NCBI RefSeq assembly: GCF_001194135.2
Contig: NC_068982.1
Span: 40,293,357-40,342,102, forward strand
Reading direction: 5' to 3'
Source of the DNA: Octopus bimaculoides
Lineage: Eukaryota
DNA length: 48,746 bases
Under the pieces are notes generated by a model, which was not told the origin of the DNA, ran no database searches, and saw only the letters and a list, made by a program, of their open reading frames with translations. This document shows positions 38,531 through 48,746 of this stretch, piece by piece. Every line of letters begins with the position of its first letter. Positions within the stretch are counted from its first letter, which is position 1. The position numbers and the translations under genes are program-made.

Positions 38531-39104
38531 ATATCAACATTCGCAGACCGACTGAAGTCGTTTTGGGAAGCAATCTTTCCGAAATACATTATTTCTTTTC
38601 ATGGTTTTTCAATCATCGAACTGCGGCCATTCTCCGAAAGACCTTTAAGAATTTAGTCAATCATATCAACCTGAGTGCTTATTTTATATCTATATAACCT
38701 ATGTGGTAGATATATAAACATAGCAAATTTAACTATTTCTTCGTATATTGAAAGAGAAAAGCAAAATGATGAACATCATTAATCAATTTTCGAATCTCAT
38801 TGGATATTCATCAGAGATGTCTACATCAATTTGACCAGAGAACCAAGCAGCCAATCTCTCAACAAATCCAGTAGCTAGAGAGAACTGGAGTTACTGATTT
38901 GCATTCCGTAAATGTTTAACATATTATCTAATACCAGCGGCCTGTCAACAGGGATCTCAGTCCACACCGTATCAAGATATGATATAATATACGTAACCTG
39001 TATAGTAGGCATGGTATTTATTTTATCGAATTTATTCGTTGGATAACTACTTTAAGAGGCATAAACATAAACACACTGACGCAAAAACGCATGTGCGCAA
39101 TCTT

Positions 39105-39275
39105 GTATGACGGGATTCCATACCGTTTCAGTCTCATAAGTTTTATCTACAAGGCATTGATTAGGTCGATGCTGTACTAGAAAAAGACGCTTGTCCAAAG
39201 TGCCACACAAAGGGACCGAACACGAGAGTATGTTGTTGCGAAGTGAACATATTTACCACTCAGCCATGCATAAGC
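39105..39275 (-). mobile_element. SINE family C head fragment
   Basis: Minus strand catggctgagtggtaaat ... gttcggtccctttgtgtggcactttggacaagcgtc ... gactgaaacgg. Confidence 0.7.
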
Positions 39276-40588
39276 GGATACTTTCAAATGCTTATTGAAT
39301 GTATTTAGTTGAAACATTAATAAGCCCGAACAAGGCTGGCTACTGTTGCTAGTTGTCTACATTACACTGTTATTGACAATGTTGACGATTACAATAATGA
39401 GATGACGACGACAACAACGATAAGAATAATGATGATGATGGTGAGGACGACGAGGCCGACGACGACGACGCTGATAAGGGCGATGATGACGTTTGTTATG
39501 ATAAAGTTGTTGCTTTTATTGTTGTTTCTGTTTATTGTAGATACTGCAATGTTAATGGTGCAGCTGGTTGGGTAGAACTGGTGATATTAATTGCTTTACC
39601 GGTTTGTGTGGTAATAACGTGGGGGGGGGCTGGAGGCTTTGAGTGATTTCGGTTTTGTTGATATCTCACTTTTGGGAACGCTGCTACGTTGTTTCAAAAC
39701 GATCGATTTTAAATAATTTTATCATAATTTATCAATAAAATATTCATCTGAATATTTCCTGATGCGGCAAAATAGATGCAGGAACATTTTATGAGAGAAA
39801 ATGCAAAAGCATATCAAACGTTACATTGATATACTTTATAAGCTATTTTATTACATAAAAGAAGATATTTTGTAACTCAAATGGATAATATAGTTTACTT
39901 GTAAAGGAAGGTACATTTATTTGTAGATAATATGGTAGAAGTCTTCTGAAGATATTTGAATATATAAATTTCATATGCTATTTTCTACTTACCTTTTGTC
40001 ATACGGAAAATGGTTTCTCATTCATGAATTTGCAACCAAAATATTTCATTCAGAAACGGCATGGTGGTCAAAGAATATATTTTATACGAAGCAGTGATAC
40101 GATATCAGCTGTTTTACGAAAGACTTTCTGCAGTAGCTCTTGAACTCGACGCATTTAGCAAATATAATACTCGTTGATTTAACAACACTCGTTTATTTAT
40201 TGCAATGTGTAGTTCTTATTAATGGTGATATTTATATTTATATTTAGATAGAATGAGACGATCGGGATGGCTGTTTCGACGCTGGCGATTTTGCACGGCT
40301 GTCTAGACATTAAAATTGTTTCAGCAACGGCACTTTTGGCAATGGAGGCAAATGCACACCGACACAGACACACACAGACACACACACACACACACACGCG
40401 CGTGTGTGTGTGTGTGTGTGTGTATGTGTGTGTGTGTGTATGTGTGTGTGTGTGTGTACATGTGCGCCCTAGCGTACAAATATACACATACAGAGAGAAA
40501 GAGATAATATGAGAAACAGATTGACAAACACTTCCCATCTCTTCATACGAAATAGAAGTATGCACTCAATCATAAACAAAGAGAGAGC

Positions 40589-40589
40589 G

Positions 40590-40637
<48 letters not shown>

Positions 40638-40672
40638 GACAGAGAGACAGAGAGACAGAGAGACAGAGAGCG
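40589..40672. repeat. (GA)n / (GAGACA)n microsatellite
   Basis: Direct reading. Confidence 0.95.
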
Positions 40673-42294
40673 ATTAATATATCTGAAGTGAAATAAGTCA
40701 GTTTCGAATCAGCGACACCAATTAGGCAGGACCAAAATTGTCGTTTCAAAACGTATCATACTCACAATTAAACTTGTTTACACACGTCAACATGTTATCT
40801 TATATCCTGGAGAACAACTAGAAGGGATTCTGTCGTTAACATTTAGATTCAAAATGAAATAGTGAAATTGAGAAAACATGATGCTGCTCATAGATTATAA
40901 GCTTAGATTTGTTCAAACGTGTTGTTTTATTTATCAGAACAGCTTATTCTCCACTTCAGAAATATTTCTTGAGATCTACCCTAGGCAAATTTGTCTCCAT
41001 TCTACTTGAATTTACAGATAGCTAAGACAGATACGATGGATGGATCTCCGTTTCTGAAATTGAAATAAATATAATGCCACTTCAAATTTGCCATTATTCA
41101 CTCTTCAAACTTAACCCTAATCAAGCAAACTTCCCTCGATACTTTCTGATGAGAAATAAATCCTTTCTTCACCGAAAGAAAAATGAAGTTGTAATTCATA
41201 CTGACATCATTGACTTCCTTGATGAATTTCATACGGAAGATACATTTTAGTGTTGAAAACTTAGTGTGTGAATATGACTTCTATCAAGTGGAAGCCAATG
41301 ACACATGGAACGTGATCTTACAGATATTTTAAATTTTCGAGAGTGGTCCTTCCAAGAAATTTCAGTTGCTTGTCTGAGATGGGAAATTTTGACAGTTATA
41401 AGTTCATAATTGAATTATAGTGACATAATGTTGAATATAAAATGTATATATAACATAGTTCGTATCTTCTACTTCACTGCTTGTATTTTAACAGGAGTTC
41501 GTCTTGATAATGTTGAACTTTATGTCCGTTTAATATATGTGTGGATTAATCAGGTATGCCAGCAAACAATCTTCTCCACTTAGACTTGTAAATGTATTAA
41601 TATGGTGAGCAATGTAAACTAGTGACACAAAATTTCATAATTAATGACAAAATTAAAATGCGAGAGTCAATGTGACTATAGAATAGTAACAGACAGTAGC
41701 ATTGTGATGTTCATTCTCTTTTCAGTTTTTTCTAAAATAAATTAGAAACGCAAGAGAACGTAATGACTCCACCATGAAATTGAAAACTCCACTGCCAAGA
41801 CCTTAATTAGAACAAATAGTCATTGCACGTGACTGGTTAATATATTCAAGTAATGAATATAGGTCGCATTATAAGCGATATATATGCGTCACTGTCTACT
41901 GCCAAATACTTTACGCATTAAAAACAGATTTTAAGCATAAGTATGTACCTATATACTGAGATGTCGACTTGGCAAGCTTTATTATAGAAAGGGTAGCATA
42001 TATCCTTGGGGAGGGTGTTGTGACAATTGTAAAGTGGGCTGGCAAACTACCATGCTTAATGAAACTGAGATGATTTTAAACATTTAAAATTTGTGCAACG
42101 CTATGGCGAAAAATAATGAATTTATATGAATGCTATCTGTATTTTGACTTCTCTCTAATAAAGAAAATAAAGAGGTGCGAAAATTTTACCATTACATTTT
42201 ATGGGCTCAGACTGTTGTTTGTCAGTTTGAGAATTTTTGGACGTGGTATCTCCAGTTCTATAGCTGACACTTGTGTTAGTAGTGCTCATATCGG

Positions 42295-42670
42295 TTTCAT
42301 ATTCTGCTACAAAGCTAGCAAGTTCGGAGGAATGGTAAATCGATTACGTCGTCACCAATTTTTAACTGGCATTTAATTTATCGACCACGAAAGGATGAAA
42401 AAAAGCAAAGACAACCTCTGTGAAATTTGAAGCCAGAATGTAAAGACGGACGAAATGCTGCTAAGCATTTTGCCCAGCATGCTAACACTTCAGCCAGCTC
42501 GTTGCTTTAGAATTGCTAATATTGTATTTTGAGTTCAAATTCTGCGGAAGGCCACTTTGCCTTTATACTTTTGAGGTCGATGAAACAAGTACCAATTGAG
42601 CACTGGGTTCGATGTAATCGATTTACCCCCTCCCCTAAATTGCTGACCTTGTGTCAAAATTTGAAATCAA
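42295..42670. mobile_element. Divergent pair of SINE family A copies (minus 42295-42510, plus 42525-42670)
   Basis: Family motifs present in both orientations. Confidence 0.85.
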
Positions 42671-43539
42671 TATTGTGTTTAGCACAAGTAGTGTCATTGT
42701 TAGCAATAGCAGTAGATATACTTTAATTATTGTAATAAGGAAGTTTTTGATTAAGAATACGTTTTCTTTTACTTCTTGACTCAAGAGAAACAGACTCAGT
42801 CAATTGCTTTCGCAGGCTCTCCGAGGCCAGTGACATTGAGGCCTAAGGTTTCCTCTTCAATCATTCTAAGCTGGTGACAAGGCGGGGTGCTTCCAGCGGG
42901 TTGATGTTCTGCGAAGAAACGAGTATAATGATTAGTGTGAAGCTCGGCAAGGTTGGATGCAGCAAGGATGGTGAAAGGAGAGACAAGTGGATCGAGAATA
43001 TCTGAGTAGAAGGGAAATAACTGAAGAAGGTCTAGGGAAAAAACTATTGCTGCTATCAATACGAATTATCATTCGTAATTATAGTAACAATGATACATGG
43101 AAAAGTATTTCTGAATTTACTTGCGCATAGGTTAGCTTGTTGGTGATAATACCAAGGGAGTCAATTGTAGAAATATGTGTTATGCTGTGCGGAAGAAGAT
43201 AAGTCTAACATTTCAACATTTCATCTCTGTCCCACGAGAGGCTCTCCTCGAAACGCAAGAGTTCCTGGTTCATAACATTAATTTTTTTTTCTGCTGTTTG
43301 TATTATTTGTATTACAATTTGTTGATGCAAAACATTACTACTTCGTTAGTAATATGTTGTTTCCACATGTGTGTGTGCGTGTGGGGAGGGAGAGTGTGTG
43401 TGTGTGTGTGTGTGTTCTGATTGTAGAATTATATAGGAGTAACAGTGGTGTATAATAAATGAAATATTAGTAATATGATCGTATGAATGACTGGAACTAC
43501 AGCAGTAAAAGGGCGGAGAGTGTAACGGTGAAGATGGTT

Positions 43540-43925
43540 TGGTGGAAGGAAGAGAAACATTTATCGTTAGAGGCGATGGCGGTGGTGGTGTTGGCGGTTG
43601 TGACGACAGCAGCAGTGGTGGTGGCAGTGGTGGCGGCAATGGTAGCGGTAGTGGTAGTGGTGGTAGTGGCGAAAGCGGCAGCTGCAATGGTTGCAGTAAT
43701 AGCCGTGGCGGAGGCGGCGGCGGCGGCGGCAGCGCAATGACGGTAATGGTTGAGTTGATGATAATGGTGTTGGTGCCGGTAGTGGTTGTGATTGTGGTGG
43801 TGGCACTGGTAGTGGCGGGTACGGTGCTGGCACAGGTAGTGGTGTTGGTGGTGGTGGTGGTACTGCTAGTGACGGTGATGATGGCACTGGAAGTGGTGGT
43901 GGTAGCACTGCTAGTGGTGGTAGAT
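43540..43925. repeat. Degenerate (GGT/GGC/AGT)n low-complexity trinucleotide tract
   Basis: Direct reading; explains the poly-G/V/P ORFs. Confidence 0.9.
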
Positions 43926-44377
43926 GAAGTATCATTAGTGCTTGTCTATGTATCGTTAGCATAGCATTAATGTAGGAAATGACAACCACCAAAATAGTTC
44001 GTTCTGATGATCACTATTTAAAATGTTCAGCGTTCCAGAAGTTCGGAAATTATTTTTAATCCTCTCATTACCAATCAATGCTACGATATTTCATTTGACT
44101 GTTGCATTTTCCATTTCATTTTACTTTTCAATTTTCCGTCTTTACATATAATATGTAATGTTTTAACTAACTTTGCCCCTGATTTTTCAGTACATACAAA
44201 CATACACGCGCTTGCGCACGTGCGCTAGTATGCACGCATTTCAGCGATATAGTCACGTGACTAATTCCTACATGTTTATCGATTCATTTGTAAGATGGTA
44301 AATTTAATGCATGTGTGGCGTTGCAATATAATATATACATGCATATACATACATGTATATATGCATATATATTGGTT

Positions 44378-45050
44378 TTAGCTTTTGGTGGAAAGCCAGC
44401 AATTTACGAGCGAGGGTTTAAGTTGATTACATCGGCCCCAGTTCTCAACTGGTACTTATTTTATCGACCCCAAGGGGATGAAAGGCAAATTAAACCTCCG
44501 TAGAATTTGAACTCAGAACGTAAAGATGCACGAAATGCCGCAAAGCCTTTTGACCCATGTGATAACGATTCTGCCAACTCGTTGCCTTATGCACATATAC
44601 ATATATTATTATGAGTTCAATTACCACCGCGGTCGATTTTGCTTTTCAGCTTTTCGGGATCGATGAAATAAGTATTAATTGTACCCTGACATCAACGTGG
44701 TCGACTAACACATCCTCCTAAAAAAATGCTGGCGGTATTTCTTTCGACTCATTACGTTCTAGGTTCAAATTCTTCTGGTGTCGACTTTCATCCTTTTTGA
44801 AGACGATAAAATGAAATACCAGTTGAGTACAGGGGTGGTGGCTGATGTAATCTATTTCCCCACTCCCCCCAAAATTGCTGGTCTTGTGCCAAAATTCAAA
44901 AGTTTATTGCTGTTAAGGCAAGCAAACTGGCAGTATCGTTAGTGCGTTCAAACGAAATTAATTCTTTCGGCTTTACGCTCTGAGTTCAAATTCCACCGAG
45001 GTTGACTTTTCCCTTCCTCCTTTTCAGGGTCGACAAAATGAGCACCAGAT
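44378..45050. mobile_element. Cluster of four SINE family A copies (one minus 44378-44590, three plus)
   Basis: B boxes at about 44505 (minus), 44613, 44763 and 44982, each with the central block. Confidence 0.85.
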
Positions 45051-45445
45051 TATCATCATCATCATCATCATCGTTATTGTTATATTTAGTAGATAGATCT
45101 AGAGGCGATTCAAAATCTTCCTAGAATTATCTATACAAAGAAATAATTTAATAGCAGCTGTACTTCCTTCGATGTTCCTGCTATTTTTGTTGTTGTTAGT
45201 TTGCTCCAAATCAGCCCCGATCGAGCAAATCTCTGAACAAAAGCATTCAAAGGCAAAGACAGCCATATGGCGTGGTACATTTAAATTTACTTTATTATAT
45301 GTGTATCTCTTTTTAAGAGGGTAGCGTGTGAAATGAGCCACACATTTTCTGTTATTTCTAGCAAGTTGATTTATCATGTGGAACCAACCACACAGATTCG
45401 TCAAAAATATGCTTTACAACATAAAGATTTTTTTTTCATTTTTTT

Positions 45446-45529
45446 AGGCGGTCACCCATCAAAATATTAACTCGGTTACATGTTGCTTATTCAGTCGCAA
45501 ACTGCCGTTTTCAAAATACGACCATAAAC
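45446..45529 (-). pseudogene. Decayed, 3'-truncated 5S rRNA copy (or SINE3-type head) followed by an A-rich tail
   Basis: Minus strand gtttatggtcgta..ttgaaaac..actgaa TAAGCAACatgtaaccgaGTTAATATTTTGATGGGTGACCGCCT aaaaaaatgaaaaaaaaa aligns without gaps to the invertebrate 5S internal control region (box A, IE, box C) as I recall it. Confidence 0.75.
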
Positions 45530-46346
45530 CTGATGCTTTCCATTTTCTGTTTAGGCGAGCATCATAAAAATCTTGTTATACCTGTTCCTCATTCGTTATA
45601 ACCGAACTTTAACATGTTTTTTTTTTTTTTGTTTTTTTTTAATCCACGATGAGATATCAATTTGGATCTTGAAATGAGTTCATAGCTACGATGCGCTAAG
45701 TGTGTAGAGTTTTACGTCATATTTTATGATTAATATAGTTTCTATAACTAAACAAATTTTTTGACATACTATCGTATTTTACACAATAAAATCAAATTTT
45801 TCTCACAAATATTTACAGCCAAAAAGAGTAGGTCATATACGTCAAGACAATTTTAGAGAAACAAAATTTATACAGGAAATGTAGCAGGATTTGGAAAGAT
45901 AGTAGCAGTGTTTGAATGTTTACACTATATACTACGTTGATATCTATGCTGGAGAATACTGCACATAGAATTCTTCTATTTCTTATCCGTCAGTTGGTGG
46001 GTAACGTATTGTCCATGACTCATGACTCTGTAGATAATCTCTGGATTTGCTGAGAGAGGGAGATGAATCTAATGGGACGGAATCCTAAAACTGGAAACCT
46101 TGTTGGAATGTTTGCAAAAGATTGGTCTCTGCTAAAGGCATTCGGGCGATGATATTAATCCCGTCGACAGATCAAGCGGATTAAGTGTACCAGCCATGTA
46201 TGCTGTGGAAATGTTTGAAATCAGAGCAATGAATTAAAGCAATAATGCAAAGCATCCAGTCGTTGCTGTGGTAAGACATGGACACACTGGGCAGTTAGTC
46301 TGGGGCCCCACAGATCTAATCTGTATATGCTGTGAGTAGATGCTAT

Positions 46347-46678
46347 AGGCGTGAAGGCGCGTTGCGTATTGCTTAGGGCATTCGATTCACGATCGTAAGG
46401 TCGTGAGTTCGATTCCCAGCGATGTGTTATGTCCTTGAACAAGACACTTATTTCTTGTTGCTCCGGTCCACTCAGCTGGCAAAAATGAGTAGTACCTGTA
46501 TTTCAAAGGGCCAGCCTTGTCACATTTTGTGTCAGGCGGAATCTCCCTGAGAACTACATTAAGGTGACAAGTATCTGTGGTGTGCTCAGCAACTTTGCAC
46601 GTTAACTTAACGGAACAGATTGTTCCGTTGATCCGATTCACTGGAACCCTCGTCGTCGTCGTAACCGATGGAGTGCCA
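46347..46678 (+). mobile_element. tRNA-derived SINE with a CORE-like block and the family B tail
   Basis: gagttcgattccc B box, tgtccttgaacaagacactt block; 46495-46678 is homologous to 48353-48529. Confidence 0.85.
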
Positions 46679-47479
46679 TGTACTATAGAATTCAGCGCAT
46701 TGATTTGCTCGCGACCAATAATGCTGCTAAGACGGTCTTGCATCTGGTCTGATGTTCTAAAAGTTCTGCCATTTCGTCTCCCTAGACAAATATATTGTTA
46801 TCGACCCCGAATGAATAGACCGCAAAGTTAAAGTACTGGAAATCGAAACAAATTCTGGAAAGCACTGTATCCTAAGCCCTAAGAATTCTATCAACTCACT
46901 GCCATATGTTATCAATTGAATTGCTGCCTAATTTTAGTTTTGTCTTATAAGTTATAACACTTTACCTCACTTTACTGCAGTAAATGAATAGTCAACCGCC
47001 AAGAAATTAAGTTTCATTAATATGATTTTCTTGTTTTCTAATAAATAACATATGACAATGTAATAAGGAAAACGTCTAATGCGATTGTTCGAAGTCATGG
47101 AGTATACATTTCAATTTATAAATTACACTAGTCATCTAAAGATTATTCAGCGGATTTGTAATTTATTATTGATGAAAATACCTTTTAGCTTTGTTTCTCT
47201 ATTACATTATTAAAGTTTCATTATCATTTTGTGTACTGACCTTTTTTATTTTCTATTTAACGAGATTTTTTTTTATGATACGTTCAACTATTTTAAAGTC
47301 TGAATGCATTTGATTTATAGAATATATTTGATGTGTAGCTTCATTTCGGGTCTTCTATGAATTGCTTGGATTTTTATTATCGAATAGCAATTGTCTAATC
47401 TTTTGTCTTTATATTTTTCCTCCTTGTAGTGATACAAACTGAATTATACAAATACAGATATATATAGGTAAATGCATAC

Positions 47480-47513
<34 letters not shown>

Positions 47514-47519
<6 letters not shown>

Positions 47520-47881
47520 CTAATTTAGAGACGAATCACCACTCTACAAATCAGTCAACTCAGAACCCGTCGAAATCCATGCTGTGAGGCATGTACCATC
47601 TTAATATATCTAATATTTTAATCTAAAAATTTAAAATAAAGAAGATATTACATAAATAAATCATAGAAATAAATCATAGAAATATGGATTTAAAAATTTA
47701 AAATTTAAATTTATAAATTGGACAGTAAATGATTTATTTATGAATTATGTTATTTTTTTTAGATTTTTAGATTAAAATCTTAGATATATTAAGATGGTAT
47801 ATATGCCTCACAGCATGGATTTGGACTGGTTCTGAGTTGACTGAGTTGTAGAGTGGTGGTTCGTCTCTAAATTAGTTATAT
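47514..47881. repeat. Fold-back element with about 150-bp arms (47514-47664 / 47729-47881)
   Basis: tataactaatttagagacgaatcaccactctac ... gtagagtggtggttcgtctctaaattagttata; outer about 110 bp are roughly 90% identical by eye. Confidence 0.92.
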
Positions 47882-47976
47882 GCATATATATCATATATTA
47901 GGAAGCCCGGTATAATATTATACCGATTTTTGCCTGTAAGGTTGGAATAATTTCTTTATTCCCTAATATTATTACT

Positions 47977-48022
<46 letters not shown>

Positions 48023-48052
48023 GTGCGTGTGTGTGTGTGTGTGTGTATATAC

Positions 48053-48096
<44 letters not shown>

Positions 48097-48152
48097 CGTG
48101 TGTGTGTGTGTGTGTGTATATACATTATATATATATATATATATATATATAT

Positions 48153-48529
48153 GGAGGCGCAATGGCCCAGTGGTTAGGGCAGTGGACTTGCGGACATAGG
48201 ATCGCGGTTTCGATTCCCAGCCCGGGCGTTGTGAGTGTTTATTGAGCGAAAACACCTAAAGTTCCACGAGGCTCTGGCAGGGGATGGTGGCGAACCCTGC
48301 TGTACTCTTCCACCACAACTTTCTCTCACTCTTACTTCCTGTTTCTGTTGTGCCTGTAATTCAAAGGGTCAGCCTTGTCACATTATGTCATGCTGAATAT
48401 CCCCGAGAACTACGTTAAGGGTACACGAGTATGTGGAGTGCTCAGCCACTTGCACGTTAATTTTACGAGCAGGCTGTTCCGTTGATCGGATCAACTGGAA
48501 CCCTCGACGTTGTAAGCGACGGAGTGCCA
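48153..48529 (+). mobile_element. Full-length SINE family B
   Basis: ggaggcgcaatggcccagtggttagg ... ggtttcgattccc ... tail ending ggagtgcca before (AT)n. Confidence 0.9.
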
Positions 48530-48564
48530 ACATATATATATATATATATTTAGATAGATATATT

Positions 48565-48746
48565 ACATTATTTACATTATCTACATTTGACGGATATTCA
48601 TCCTCATCTTGTTTGTTGTTAACACAACGTTTCGGCTGATATACCCTCCAGCCTTCGTCAGGTGTCTTGGGGAAATTTCGAACCTGGGTTCTCATTCCTA
48701 TCGATGTTACTATTATTATTATTATTAATATATTATTATTAATCAG
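48565..48746 (-). mobile_element. Non-coding Penelope-like repeat carrying a hammerhead motif; runs off the window end
   Basis: Homologous to both arms at 23717-24125, including the (ATT)n tract. Confidence 0.85.
48621..48666 (-). ncRNA. Minimal type I hammerhead ribozyme with intact core
   Basis: gacac CTGACGA a GGCTG-gagggtatat-CAGCC GAAAC GTT gtgtt. Stem I GACAC/GTGTT, 5-bp stem II, palindromic AACGTT in place of stem III, predicted cut after GUU (between 48626 and 48625). Confidence 0.8.

Noticed and set aside
41146-41190. CTGATGA...GAAA candidate hammerhead (similar motif on the minus strand near 38790-38815)
   Set aside because: No stem II adjoining GAAA and no convincing stems I or III.
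43483-43992. Gly/Pro/Val-rich ORFs of 85-141 aa
   Set aside because: Degenerate GGT/GGC trinucleotide tract open in several frames on both strands; no non-repetitive domain.
46069-46150. Peptide MGRNPKTGNLV resembling the HU/IHF motif GRNPKTG
   Set aside because: Only 7 residues match, the frame closes after about 30 codons and the rest does not fit HU.
48021-48150. Tandem duplication of a roughly 70-bp compound microsatellite
   Set aside because: Plausibly slippage or a short-read assembly artefact.
48378-48695. ORFs sharing PKRCVNNKQDEDxYPSNV with ORFs at 23.8-24.2 kb
   Set aside because: The shared peptide simply reflects the same non-coding hammerhead-bearing repeat.

Overview
AT-rich, repeat-dense eukaryotic scaffold segment with 7 N-gaps, mostly flanked by microsatellites. 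The repeat complement (tRNA-derived SINE families, mariner relics, Penelope-like fold-backs, abundant di/tri/tetranucleotide microsatellites) looks like a coleoid cephalopod genome, probably Octopus; this is inferred from recalled repeat consensi, not from a search. I recognise no host protein-coding gene, CRISPR array or prokaryotic gene, so the window is most likely intronic or intergenic. Nearly all ORFs in the track are microsatellite, gap or repeat artefacts. Supported content: two decayed mariner transposases, a mariner-derived MITE, a 145-bp MITE with a 3-bp TSD nested in one mariner, about 25 copies of one tRNA-SINE family (several in head-to-tail arrays), two further SINE groups with swapped modules, a decayed 5S rRNA copy and four long fold-back elements. 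Most interesting: (i) minimal type I hammerhead ribozyme motifs in non-coding Penelope-like elements, one intact; (ii) SINE arrays whose units are separated by a recurring target-like spacer; (iii) a 110-bp hairpin whose transitions are all G-U compatible; (iv) a GC-rich orphan ORF island beside a gap; (v) a 130/130 identical inverted copy of part of an old MITE.
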